Below are positions 1-8,728 of a DNA stretch of 24,110 nucleotides, piece by piece; within the stretch, counting starts at the first letter, position 1, and each line of letters begins with the position of its first letter. The position numbers were made by a program, and so were the translations under genes. The notes beneath the pieces are model-generated. The model saw nothing but the letters and a program-made list of their open reading frames with translations, ran no database searches and was not told the DNA's origin. The DNA comes from a virus (Duplodnaviria; Caudoviricetes), in the IMG/VR virus record IMGVR_UViG_3300043414_001006, positions 1 through 24,110 of that record, one strand, 5' to 3'.

Positions 1-48
1 GGTTCCGTGAGGCGCGTGTTTTAACCGATCGTTGAAATTCAAGGACTT

Positions 49-633
49 ATGTCAACGAAAATGACCCAAATTGAGCTCTCTAGGCAGCTTGGAATGGACC
101 CAGGGCAACTGTCTCTTATGAAAAAGAAGGGCATGCCAGTGACCAACGTAGAGAACGCTAAGATCTGGCTACAGCGAAATCGGATGAGGTCTAAAAAGCA
201 GTCGCCCAAAACCGCTCCGCAGTCCATTTCCATGACAGGCGGGGCGTCTGGAAACCCCTTGCTTGCAAGGCAAAGGGCACGCGATGCCGAGGAGGGTTGT
301 TACAAGGTGATGACCGAGGCCATCACCCGCGGGATACCGATTGAAATTAAGACGGCAGCACAGGCATGGCGCGACGCGCAGAAGGCAGTATCAGAGTCGG
401 AAAGGCAGCTATTTGACTATGAGACCAAGAGCCGCACCACCGTCGGCCTTGATGAAATCAACGAAGTGTTCGCTCGGCACCTCGGCGGCCTGCGGCAGTT
501 GATTGATTCCTTGCCCGCCTCCTTGGCCGGTAAGTGCAATCCCGCCGACTCCGACCTTGCAAGGCAGGTACTAGAGGACGGGGTGGCCCAGATCTTTGTC
601 CAAATCGAAAAGGCGGAGGGCGCCTTCTCTTGA
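49..633 (+). CDS. terS: Terminase small subunit (Nu1-like)
   Basis: N-terminal HTH-like segment TQIELSRQLGMDPGQLSLMKKKGMP and helical C-terminus; directly upstream of the large terminase; AAGGA at 41-45. Confidence 0.8.
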   Translation: MSTKMTQIELSRQLGMDPGQLSLMKKKGMPVTNVENAKIWLQRNRMRSKKQSPKTAPQSISMTGGASGNPLLARQRARDAEEGCYKVMTEAITRGIPIEIKTAAQAWRDAQKAVSESERQLFDYETKSRTTVGLDEINEVFARHLGGLRQLIDSLPASLAGKCNPADSDLARQVLEDGVAQIFVQIEKAEGAFS

Positions 634-2426
634 GCGCACTGGATAAGGCAGAGATCGGAAGGATGATCAGATCCTACCTACTGCCAAGGGAGAAGCTGGG
701 GCCGGTAGAGTGGGCAGAGAGGAACCTAATCCTTAGCCCTCGAACCACCAACAGCCCCGGCCCTTACAGGACGATCACCACCCCATACTGCCGAGAGCCG
801 CTAGAGTGCTTTGGCAGAACAAACGTAAGGGATTTGACCTTGGTATGGGCGGCTCAAACCGCGAAGACACAGACCATCCTCGCCGGCATAGCGTACGTTT
901 TAGACCGCGATCCTGCTCCGACCATGTGGGTGGCGCCAAGTGAGAGCATGGCTCGGAGCTTTTCAGAGACGCGATGGATTCCCCTAGTGGACGATTGTCC
1001 GGCGTTAGCCGCTCACAAGCCGAGCGACCTAGACAAGTTCAAGCTACTGGAACAGCACTACGACAAAATGAGCCTTTGGTTTGTTGGCAGTAATAGCCCG
1101 GCGAATCTGGCATCACGCGCCGTGCGCTTTTTAATAATGGACGAAGTCGATAAGATGGCCGATGCGGGCAAGCGGGAAAGCGGCGCCGTCCAACTAGCCG
1201 AGGCCCGCACCTCCACCTATCCCACTGCTCTGCGCGTGAAGACCAGCACGCCAACAATCGAGGAGGGGCCGATCTGGATTGAGTGGCTCAAAGGGGATAT
1301 GCGGTATTATTTTATTCCATGCCCGCACTGTGGCGAATATCAGCGCCTAGTTTGGTCGCAGGTTAAGTGGGACGGGAAAACTGAAAACGGATGGGACATG
1401 ATCCAAGTTAGGAACACCGCCCACTACGAGTGCGAGAAATGCCAGGGCAAAATATCGGACGGGCAAAAATCCGCATCGTTAAGGAAGGGTGAGTGGCGTG
1501 CCACCAATCCCATCGCTGAGCCAGGGCGCCGGTCCTATCACCTCTCGGCGATTTATTCCAGCTGGTCGACGTTCGGGCAGTTGGCAGTAAAATTTCTGCA
1601 AGATCGATCGAACGGCCTTATCGGACTGCAGGACTTTGTGAACAGAGTCTTGGCCGAGCCTTGGGTCGAACAAAACGAGGAGCAACAAACAGGCGCTAGT
1701 TTTGGCGGGTACCGAATGGGCGAGCCGGCGCCCATCGGAAGTAAGGTGATTGTCTCTGCCGATATTCAAGAGAGCGGCGGCTGGCACTGCTGGGTCGCGG
1801 TGAGGGCGTGGCAGGCCAACGCAGGATCGCGGCTGCTTTGGTGCGGCCGCCTTGAAAGCTGGGATGAGCTACGCGCCAAGCAGCTCGAGTTTGCCGTCCC
1901 TGATGAGAACGTCTTTTGCGACGCGGCGGATCAAACCAGATCCGTGTACTGGAACGCATGCCGCTTTGGTTGGGTCTGCCTTTGGGGATCTGATCTAAAA
2001 CATTTCGCACACTTCACAAAAGGCGGCCGAGCCAATCGCCCATTCAGCCCAGTGAGCGTCGGAGATCCGCTAGCGGGCAAGGCAGGGGACACCACCGGGC
2101 TCACGCGTCGTTACGCCCGCGTATTTAAATGGAGCAACCCAGCCGTCAAAGACATGCTCCTCACCCTTCGCCTGTCTGGATCTTTCCTGGTGCCGGACGA
2201 CGTGCCAGCAGTTTACCAAGAGCACATCACATCAGAGATTAAGAAAGAAGTCAGGAATCCCATGACCGGGCGGGTGCGTGTGATTTGGAAGCAGGTTAAA
2301 AAGCAGAACCACTTACTCGATTCGGAGCTGATGGGCGTTGTCGGAGCTTTGCTCCACGGGTTAATCAATGCAGATCCAGCGGCAATCCAAGAAGCTAATT
2401 TAACCCCGGATTCGTCTTCGAAATAA
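630..2426 (+). CDS. terL: Terminase large subunit, lambda gpA family
   Basis: EWAERN...PGPY...TPY N-terminus, Walker A-like AAQTAKT, Walker B FLIMDEVD, STPT coupling motif, CPHC...CEKC zinc motif, C-terminal NHLLD. Start moved from 534 to the in-frame TTG at 630, which overlaps the terS stop (TTGA); ATG 663 is an alternative. Confidence 0.95.
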   Translation: MSALDKAEIGRMIRSYLLPREKLGPVEWAERNLILSPRTTNSPGPYRTITTPYCREPLECFGRTNVRDLTLVWAAQTAKTQTILAGIAYVLDRDPAPTMWVAPSESMARSFSETRWIPLVDDCPALAAHKPSDLDKFKLLEQHYDKMSLWFVGSNSPANLASRAVRFLIMDEVDKMADAGKRESGAVQLAEARTSTYPTALRVKTSTPTIEEGPIWIEWLKGDMRYYFIPCPHCGEYQRLVWSQVKWDGKTENGWDMIQVRNTAHYECEKCQGKISDGQKSASLRKGEWRATNPIAEPGRRSYHLSAIYSSWSTFGQLAVKFLQDRSNGLIGLQDFVNRVLAEPWVEQNEEQQTGASFGGYRMGEPAPIGSKVIVSADIQESGGWHCWVAVRAWQANAGSRLLWCGRLESWDELRAKQLEFAVPDENVFCDAADQTRSVYWNACRFGWVCLWGSDLKHFAHFTKGGRANRPFSPVSVGDPLAGKAGDTTGLTRRYARVFKWSNPAVKDMLLTLRLSGSFLVPDDVPAVYQEHITSEIKKEVRNPMTGRVRVIWKQVKKQNHLLDSELMGVVGALLHGLINADPAAIQEANLTPDSSSK

Positions 2427-2685
2427 TCTCGTTTTGCTTTTCTTGGCTCAGATTACTCTGCTCTAGCTGCTCTAAGATTCTTCTTTGTAACTCAAGCCCC
2501 TCCTGCCTCTTGCACTCTTCCACGTTAGCCAGCGCCCGATTCAACGCCCGCTTCTTGCCGATCCAAATACAGATGTAGGCGATTACAGCGACCCACAGAA
2601 GAGTGTTGTAGACCACAGGGTGAACCGAAGAAATTGCGTCAGTTATTTTGATAGACAGAGGATAATCGCACAGATTCATACCCAC
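2395..2685 (-). CDS. Small single-pass membrane protein, moron-like
   Basis: Only credible minus-strand ORF; fills the gap between terL and the next gene; hydrophobic stretch TLLWVAVIAYICIWIG followed by KKR and a coiled-coil-like tail. Confidence 0.6.
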   Translation of the reverse strand: MGMNLCDYPLSIKITDAISSVHPVVYNTLLWVAVIAYICIWIGKKRALNRALANVEECKRQEGLELQRRILEQLEQSNLSQEKQNEIISKTNPGLN

Positions 2686-2699
2686 AGGTTACCCGTCTG

Positions 2700-2705
2700 T
2701 TGACA
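2700..2705 (+). promoter_or_regulatory. TTGACA start-proximal motif, 13 nt before ATG 2719
   Basis: TTGACA-cgtagcaaacaca-ATG; one of eight similarly spaced copies. Confidence 0.7.
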
Positions 2706-2718
2706 CGTAGCAAACACA

Positions 2719-3015
2719 ATGGCCGCCCTTTCCCGCAGACTGATCCGGGCAGTCGCCACCGATTACTTAGCGCAAGCAAGCGGGGTGACTGCGTCCGCCC
2801 TGGTATCGCTCGCCGCGGACCGCAACACCGCCATGAGTGGCGCCGCCTCTGGCCGTGCGCTAGTAGGATCTTCAGCCGGTGGCCAATCCGCCAGTTTCCA
2901 GATCGATCTCAAACCCACCGACCGCGTTGAACTCTTTCAAAGCGCCATCGATTACCTCGGCGGTCGCACCCTCACCCGAACCACAGCGGACTTTACGTTC
3001 GTGATTGATAGCTAA
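2719..3015 (+). CDS. Putative head-tail joining protein (gpW position)
   Basis: 98 aa ORF between terminase and portal, with its stop overlapping the portal ATG (TAATG); call rests on synteny with lambda. Confidence 0.6.
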   Translation: MAALSRRLIRAVATDYLAQASGVTASALVSLAADRNTAMSGAASGRALVGSSAGGQSASFQIDLKPTDRVELFQSAIDYLGGRTLTRTTADFTFVIDS

Positions 3016-4823
3016 TGGCTAGCGTCTCCCTCGTTCGTCGGTTAGGCGCTGGCATCAAAAGCTTTAGTGCTGGATTCGGGTCTGGGATCTCCACCTTCCA
3101 GCCTTACGAGGCGGCAGGATTCTCCCGCAAGAGGCCAGTCATCTACGGTGCACACGCTCGGGATTCGTCACTGGATTTAAGCGAATGGACAAGAACGGAA
3201 CTTCTTAAGCTTGCTCGGCACATGTACCGCAATGTCGGCCTGATTAAAGGCGCAGTGGATTCGATCGCCGCCTACTCCGTCGGCCCAGGGCTCCGCCCAC
3301 AATATCGCGGGGCAGATGTAGAGTTTGGGAAGTTAGCCGAGCAGTACTGGCGGGACGTAGTGGCGCCCAACCCAGAAGTCACCGGCCGCATGACCTGGAC
3401 AGATCTACTCTTAGCACTCAGCCGATCCATCGACGTCGACGGCGACGTGTTCGTCATTATGACCGACAAAGGAAAGCTCCAAGTCGTTGAAGGTCACAGA
3501 GTTTGCGAGGGCGACAACTACGAATCCACCGACGGCGTTTTCCTTGGTAAGATGGGCGAGCCCACCGCCTACCTGCTTGAGCTCGGCGACACCTACCGAA
3601 AAATAAACGCCGATCTCGTTATTCATCTTATGGAAATGGAACGGCCAGATCAGATCCGTGGCGGATCTAACTTGGCTCGCGCACTCAATCACGTCCGCGA
3701 TCTGAAACTCTTGGGCGAGTTTGAAAAAGACGCGCTCAAGTTACAGGGATCGATCGCCGCCGTTATCACGTCTAACGAAGGCGACGCACTCGCCGGCAGC
3801 GGAGGATTCTTTGGTAACATAGCCACCGCAGATCTTGGCGATACGTCCATCGCACGGGAACAGATCACCAGCTCCGCCACCATTCCGCGACTCGCCCCTG
3901 GGGAAAAGATTGAGATGGTCGCACCCAACCGGCCAAACAACGGATTCGAGCCCTTTGCAAAATTCTTAATTCGTGACGTGGCCATGGGCCTTGGTCTGCC
4001 GATAGAGTTTGTTTACGATCCAGCCAGCGTCGGCGGGGCAGGGATGCGATTTATCGTGGCCAAGGCACAGCGCCGCTTTGAGCAACGCCAACGTCTTTTG
4101 ATCGATCGATTCTGTAACAGGTCGTGGTCGTACTTTATTGGCCGGGCAATAGCCAACGGGGATCTACCACCCGCGGAAGATTATCGAAAAGTAAGCTGGC
4201 AGACTCCAAAGTCACTCACCGTGGACGCCGGCCGCGAAGAAATGCAGGCACGCGAGTCGTATAAAGCGGGCCTCATAAGTCTACAAACCTACCACGGAGA
4301 ACTAGGAGAGGATTGGGTAGAACAAGTTGATCAGATTAAAGCCGAGCAAACATACATGAGCGGGGGGACAGAAGTCTCGCAAGCACCTCTCATCACAAAA
4401 ATCGGCGACCAAGGGGCTCGGTCTATTACCGCGATCCTTCAATCCATTGGCATGGGACAAATTACGCCAGAACAAGCCGAAGTTATCCTTGTGACAGTCT
4501 ATGGTTTAAACAAAGAAGACGCGGCCAAAATTGCTCGCGGCGGCTCGACTGCCCAGCGCTTACCAGTTGCCGCACCGATCGTCGCAGAACCAGAAGAAGA
4601 TCCTATCCCGCAAGAACCCAAGGCCGACGCTACCGCCACCGACACCACTACCCCTACCGATATCGTCACAGACGTACCCGAGAACACCCCACCCGAGCAG
4701 CTCGCCGCCCCATCCTTTATTATGCCCGACGACGCACCCGATTTTAACCTCAGCGCTAAAGAGCTCAACATGATCGTCACTGCCCTCGGCATCGGTAAGG
4801 CCAAAGCTAAGAAAAAGAAGTAA
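3015..4823 (+). CDS. Portal protein, lambda family, with C-terminal extension
   Basis: YEAA...ARHMYRN...VGPGLRP, DGDVF, VIHL...RPDQIRG, RLAPGE and GLGLPIE motifs typical of lambda gpB-type portals; position after terminase. Confidence 0.93.
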   Translation: MASVSLVRRLGAGIKSFSAGFGSGISTFQPYEAAGFSRKRPVIYGAHARDSSLDLSEWTRTELLKLARHMYRNVGLIKGAVDSIAAYSVGPGLRPQYRGADVEFGKLAEQYWRDVVAPNPEVTGRMTWTDLLLALSRSIDVDGDVFVIMTDKGKLQVVEGHRVCEGDNYESTDGVFLGKMGEPTAYLLELGDTYRKINADLVIHLMEMERPDQIRGGSNLARALNHVRDLKLLGEFEKDALKLQGSIAAVITSNEGDALAGSGGFFGNIATADLGDTSIAREQITSSATIPRLAPGEKIEMVAPNRPNNGFEPFAKFLIRDVAMGLGLPIEFVYDPASVGGAGMRFIVAKAQRRFEQRQRLLIDRFCNRSWSYFIGRAIANGDLPPAEDYRKVSWQTPKSLTVDAGREEMQARESYKAGLISLQTYHGELGEDWVEQVDQIKAEQTYMSGGTEVSQAPLITKIGDQGARSITAILQSIGMGQITPEQAEVILVTVYGLNKEDAAKIARGGSTAQRLPVAAPIVAEPEEDPIPQEPKADATATDTTTPTDIVTDVPENTPPEQLAAPSFIMPDDAPDFNLSAKELNMIVTALGIGKAKAKKKK

Positions 4824-4824
4824 T

Positions 4825-4830
4825 TTGACA
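4825..4830 (+). promoter_or_regulatory. TTGACA start-proximal motif, 14 nt before ATG 4845
   Basis: TTGACA-cgcgctggccgagt-ATG. Confidence 0.7.
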
Positions 4831-4844
4831 CGCGCTGGCCGAGT

Positions 4845-5738
4845 ATGGCCAACAAACTCCCGTCCGTTTCAATCTTAACTGTAGGCGAGGCTAAAGGCCA
4901 CGACCTCCTTATCGACCAAACCTCACTCGAACAAGCGCTCGCCGTAGCGCAGACCATGAAGCGGATCAAAGTCACCATGGGCCACGGCGCCCAAGTCGAC
5001 GGCATTCTTGGCTACATCGACGGCTTTGTGATCAAAGGCGATCGGCTCATGGGCGATCTGACCTTGTTCAGCACCACCCAAGCCCAGTTCGTCCAGCAGC
5101 TCGCCAAGGAACTACCCGAGGGATTCGGCCTGTCCCTCACGTTTAGCGGCGTACCCGCCGAAGTGGGTGGCAATCGGTACGCCAGGGTAGATGAGATATT
5201 TGATATTTCCGTAGTGAGCAGTCCTGCCGCAAACAGCGCAGGGCTTTTTTCAGCCTTCACTGCAGTTGACATCCAAAAACTACAAATGATCGAAGCACCT
5301 ATCGTCGAGAAAATCGAAGCGGCCCCCGTGGTCGAAGTCATCGCCACCCCCGAAGTCGCGCCCGTCGTAGCTGCCTTGGCCGAAGCGCCTGCCGCCACGC
5401 CAGACGCGCCCGTCGAAACCAAAGCCGCTGAGCCCACCTTGGTGGATATCGCCGCCATGCTCACCGAACTGCTCGGCTTAATGAAAGTCGACGCAGCCTC
5501 CGACATCACCGAAGAGCCCGCCATGGATATGGCCAAAAAAGAAGTCGCCGCCATGAGCGCCGTCATCGACGAAAAAACTGTCATCACTCTAGAAAAAGCG
5601 AAGACCGATTCTGCAGGTGCAGAACCGATTCCCGCTGAATCCGCCCAGCCGGTTGGCCGCGGTGAGATCCTTAATCAATTCAACCAGGAGAAAGACGGCT
5701 CAAAACGAGTCAAACTTCTCCGCAAGTTAGGTCTGTAA
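4845..5738 (+). CDS. Prohead protease fused to scaffold
   Basis: N-terminal domain with GH, GLSL and DISVVSSPAAN..LFS motifs resembling HK97/herpes-fold maturation proteases; acidic Ala/Pro/Glu-rich C-terminal half; lies between portal and capsid. Confidence 0.8.
   Translation: MANKLPSVSILTVGEAKGHDLLIDQTSLEQALAVAQTMKRIKVTMGHGAQVDGILGYIDGFVIKGDRLMGDLTLFSTTQAQFVQQLAKELPEGFGLSLTFSGVPAEVGGNRYARVDEIFDISVVSSPAANSAGLFSAFTAVDIQKLQMIEAPIVEKIEAAPVVEVIATPEVAPVVAALAEAPAATPDAPVETKAAEPTLVDIAAMLTELLGLMKVDAASDITEEPAMDMAKKEVAAMSAVIDEKTVITLEKAKTDSAGAEPIPAESAQPVGRGEILNQFNQEKDGSKRVKLLRKLGL
5266..5271 (+). promoter_or_regulatory. TTGACA motif inside protease gene, 14 nt before in-frame ATG 5286
   Basis: TTGACA-tccaaaaactacaa-ATG at the protease/scaffold boundary. 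Confidence 0.65.
5286..5738 (+). CDS. Nested in-frame scaffold protein (internal start)
   Basis: In-frame ATG (MIEAPIVEK...) preceded by the TTGACA-N14 motif and an A-rich leader; analogous to lambda Nu3 within gene C. Confidence 0.6.
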   Translation: MIEAPIVEKIEAAPVVEVIATPEVAPVVAALAEAPAATPDAPVETKAAEPTLVDIAAMLTELLGLMKVDAASDITEEPAMDMAKKEVAAMSAVIDEKTVITLEKAKTDSAGAEPIPAESAQPVGRGEILNQFNQEKDGSKRVKLLRKLGL

Positions 5739-5769
5739 AAAGATCTAAAGAAAAAAGGAACAAACCACC

Positions 5770-6660
5770 ATGGCAAATACACTCGGCACAACCAATGCAA
5801 ACGTAATCGCGCAGAGGGCGTTAGAAATCCTCGTCGCCGATTACAGCTTCCTCCGCTCAGGAGTAACTGATTTTTCGGACGAGGCAGCCAAGTACGGCGC
5901 CTCCGTCTTCACGTCCCGCCTCAGCGCGCTCACCGCTGCTAACTACAGCCAGAGCACCGGCTACGCGGCCGCCGCTGTCACACAAACGGACGTGTCCATC
6001 ACCTTGGATAAGTTCAAGCACGTTTCCTACTCGGTGGACGATCAGGAGCGCACCAGCTCGAACGTGAACTTGATCGAGCGTTTCGCAGGTGCGGCCGCTC
6101 ACGCAATCGGGTTGCAGATGGTGGGCGATTTGCTCACCCTCGTCACCTCGGCCACCTTCACCTCCGCCCTCACAGTTGCTTCCACCGCGTTTAACTATCG
6201 CTCGGTAGTGTCTGCCGGTGCAACGCTCAACGCGAACAACTCGCCCGTCAACGGACGCTACTGCGTGTTGGCGCCCTTGTACTACGGTGCGCTGATGAAT
6301 GATACCACGGTCGTGGCGAATCCTCAGATCACTGGGGACATCGTTCGCGCCGGTGGGATTGGCAAAGTTGCTGGGTTCGATGTGAACCAGTACAGCGCCA
6401 TTCCTGCTAACGGCATCACCCTCGGCGGATTCTTTGCCCAACAGGAAGCGCTGCTCATCGCAGCCCGCGTGCCCGAAGTGCCCACAGGCGTTCCGATCCC
6501 TGGAGACATCTCGATCGTAACGGAACCCCGCACAGGTCTGAGCGTTATGGTTCGTGAGAGCTATAACATCACCCTCGGCACCCTCCAACGCACCTACGCC
6601 TTGATCTACGGCGTGAAAGCTGGGGAGCCCAACAGCCTAGTCCGCATCAACGGAGCCTAA
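5770..6660 (+). CDS. Major capsid protein
   Basis: 296 aa after protease/scaffold; ITLDKFKH, GRYCVLAP and GKVAGFDV segments resemble HK97-fold (P22-coat-like) capsids; A-rich leader with AAGGA at 5755-5759; followed by a strong hairpin. Confidence 0.88.
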   Translation: MANTLGTTNANVIAQRALEILVADYSFLRSGVTDFSDEAAKYGASVFTSRLSALTAANYSQSTGYAAAAVTQTDVSITLDKFKHVSYSVDDQERTSSNVNLIERFAGAAAHAIGLQMVGDLLTLVTSATFTSALTVASTAFNYRSVVSAGATLNANNSPVNGRYCVLAPLYYGALMNDTTVVANPQITGDIVRAGGIGKVAGFDVNQYSAIPANGITLGGFFAQQEALLIAARVPEVPTGVPIPGDISIVTEPRTGLSVMVRESYNITLGTLQRTYALIYGVKAGEPNSLVRINGA

Positions 6661-6667
6661 GTCAGTC

Positions 6668-6721
6668 GGAACGGGCGGTGGTCCAATCGGATCACCGCCC
6701 CTTCCACCCTAAAGAAATCCT
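6668..6721 (+). promoter_or_regulatory. Stem-loop plus GAAATCCT element after the capsid gene
   Basis: GGGCGGTGGTCC-AATC-GGATCACCGCCC (12 bp with one G-U, extendable by GGAA/TTCC), no U-tract, then ACCCTAAAGAAATCCT. Confidence 0.75.
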
Positions 6722-6727
6722 CGATCC

Positions 6728-7027
6728 ATGTCTGAATTCACAGAAGCCCTTAAAGAATCGCTCGCCGTTTTGCACGAGCAAACAGGCACCACCGTCACCA
6801 TCGGATCTACCGCCGTCACCGGCATCCTTTCCACCATCACCCGCAAAGAGAACGTCGAGCTCGGCGGATTCGATCTCGATCTAAATAGCACCTTCACCAT
6901 CGACGTCTCCTTACTAGCCACTGCACCCACCATCGGATCTGTCCTGGTGGCGAACTCTGTCTCTTACCGCATCGTCTCAGTCGACACCTCCGTTGGCTCC
7001 TACCTCCTCGGCCTTAGAGAAAAGTAA
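6728..7027 (+). CDS. Putative head-closure / head-tail joining protein (gpFII-like)
   Basis: 99 aa beta-rich protein right after the capsid gene with PTIGSVL...YRIVSV pattern; synteny. Confidence 0.65.
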   Translation: MSEFTEALKESLAVLHEQTGTTVTIGSTAVTGILSTITRKENVELGGFDLDLNSTFTIDVSLLATAPTIGSVLVANSVSYRIVSVDTSVGSYLLGLREK

Positions 7028-7036
7028 GCCGTAGTT

Positions 7037-8728
7037 ATGGCACCCCGAAATCCTCCCAAAATATCGATTTACTTTATCGCAGGCCATGAGGCCCAATTTA
7101 TAGCCAGAGCCTTGGCTGCTTTCCGTCCTTTCTGTAGCGAGATCATCGTGGCACTCGCCCAGGGTAACCGGCCGGACGACGGCACCCGCGAGATCGCTGA
7201 GAAAGCAGGCGCCACCGTCATCACCTACCACAACTCAGCCACCGGCGCTGATTGGCCCCACGTCGATAATTTTGCCCACGCCCGTAACTGCGCACTCAAT
7301 GCGTGTACCGGGGACTACGCCGTCTGGTTCGATTGCGACGATCTACCCGCCACAAACCTCGATAAATGCTTCACAAGGGCCGTGGAAGCGTTTGAAAAAG
7401 ATTCAGCCCTCGGGATCTACGCAGGCGTCTACAGCGTTTTAAACGCCAAATTAAACCCGATTAGGGAAAGAATGGTAAAGCGCTTGCCGGATGGCGGCTG
7501 GTCCGGCACTTGGCACTACGCCGTCCATGAGGCGCTCCTGCCGATCGCTGGGCTGAAATCCATAGGGGAACAGAACGTCTGGTGCGAACACCACTGCGGT
7601 GGCTACAAGCCCGGAAGCGCAGATCGTAACCTCCGCATCCTAGGAGGTGAACTCAGCCAGGCGGGCAAGTACGCATATTATTACCAGCAGGAACTATTCT
7701 TAGGGAATAAGCGGAACGAGAGCGGCGTCTGGTCCCGCGTCGCCGCCTACTGGCCCGGCCAAGATCACACCCTGCAGTACGAGGCCATGTGCAACTACGC
7801 GGCCGCCCACCCCGATAGGGAAGCCCGCATGAAACTTTATGCTGAAGCGCATCAGCTCCAGCCCGGCCGCCGTGAGGCGCTGTACTACATGGCCCGCGAG
7901 GAAGCATCCACCGGCAGGTGGGGCGCCGTGTACTACATGCTGAAGGCGGCCATGGTACAGCCCGATCCCGGCATCTCGATTTGGAACTGCCAGCGATCCA
8001 TCTACGACTTTGAGTGCATCGACCTCTACATCGCTGCCGCCCGCATGGCAGGCGATATGGCCGAAGTGGAGAAGATCACAACCTCTTGGCGTAAGCAGTC
8101 ACCCATTAAAATTTCCATTCTACACGCCACCCGCGGCCGCCCTCAGGATGCCATCAACGCCCGCGTCCTATGGATGAAAAAAGCATCTAACCCGCAGAAT
8201 ATAGAGTGGATCTTCTCCTGCGATAACGACGATACCACCGCCGCCGTCCTCAAACCGTGGAACCCCGTCATGGGCGATGGCAGTTGCGTAGCCGCATGGA
8301 ACAGGGCGGCAGTTCAAGCCCAGGGCGAAATCCTTATCCAAGCTAGCGACGATTGGGACCCACCCCTCTACTGGGACACCATCGTGACGGAGCGCCTAGG
8401 CGATCTCAGTAAGCCCAAAGTCCTGGCGATCTCCGACGGGCACCGCACCGACGAACTCCTTTGTATGGCCATTTTAACAAAAGCTCGGCTTATCCAGCAG
8501 AGCTCACTTTTTGCCGAGGAATACGACGCCTGCTCGGGCATCTTTAGCGATAACGAGTACAGCCACAGAGCAAAAAAAGACGGCGTCATCGTTCAGGCAA
8601 AGGACGTCGTCTTTACCCATAATAATCCAATGTTCACGGGTGCAGTACAAGACGCAGAATTTAAAAAGCATAACGCACAGGAAAACTACGTTTTAGGCGA
8701 AAAGATATTTAAGGAGCGTAACTCGTGA
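7037..8728 (+). CDS. Glycosyltransferase: GT2 domain, TPR-like linker, second GT-A-like domain
   Basis: DDGTREIA, NFAHARN and WFDCDD (DxD) in the N-terminus; helical repeats with QPGRREALYYMA; C-terminal ISILHATRGRP, DNDD, AAWNRAA, GEILIQASDD and SDNE motifs. Confidence 0.88.
   Translation: MAPRNPPKISIYFIAGHEAQFIARALAAFRPFCSEIIVALAQGNRPDDGTREIAEKAGATVITYHNSATGADWPHVDNFAHARNCALNACTGDYAVWFDCDDLPATNLDKCFTRAVEAFEKDSALGIYAGVYSVLNAKLNPIRERMVKRLPDGGWSGTWHYAVHEALLPIAGLKSIGEQNVWCEHHCGGYKPGSADRNLRILGGELSQAGKYAYYYQQELFLGNKRNESGVWSRVAAYWPGQDHTLQYEAMCNYAAAHPDREARMKLYAEAHQLQPGRREALYYMAREEASTGRWGAVYYMLKAAMVQPDPGISIWNCQRSIYDFECIDLYIAAARMAGDMAEVEKITTSWRKQSPIKISILHATRGRPQDAINARVLWMKKASNPQNIEWIFSCDNDDTTAAVLKPWNPVMGDGSCVAAWNRAAVQAQGEILIQASDDWDPPLYWDTIVTERLGDLSKPKVLAISDGHRTDELLCMAILTKARLIQQSSLFAEEYDACSGIFSDNEYSHRAKKDGVIVQAKDVVFTHNNPMFTGAVQDAEFKKHNAQENYVLGEKIFKERNS

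Noticed and set aside
1-48. cos/pac site upstream of terS
   Set aside because: Expected near here by analogy with lambda, but too little sequence is present to identify it.
534-629. N-terminal extension of terL given by the ORF track
   Set aside because: Overlaps terS by about 100 nt; the TTG at 630 overlapping the terS stop is the more plausible start.
849-869. Walker A variant AQTAKT as a sign of inactive terminase
   Set aside because: Lys-Thr, Walker B and the other motifs are intact and the ORF is uninterrupted; likely natural variation.
4499-6588. Long minus-strand ORFs (4499-5005, 5012-5587, 5857-6588)
   Set aside because: Antisense shadows of portal, scaffold and capsid genes with no recognisable motifs.
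6673-6700. Classical rho-independent terminator after the capsid gene
   Set aside because: Strong stem but no U-tract; treated as part of the hairpin+GAAATCCT element.
5824-8334. GAAATCCT at 5824 and 8327
   Set aside because: Inside coding sequence (Glu-Ile-Leu codons) with no adjacent stop or clear hairpin; probably incidental.
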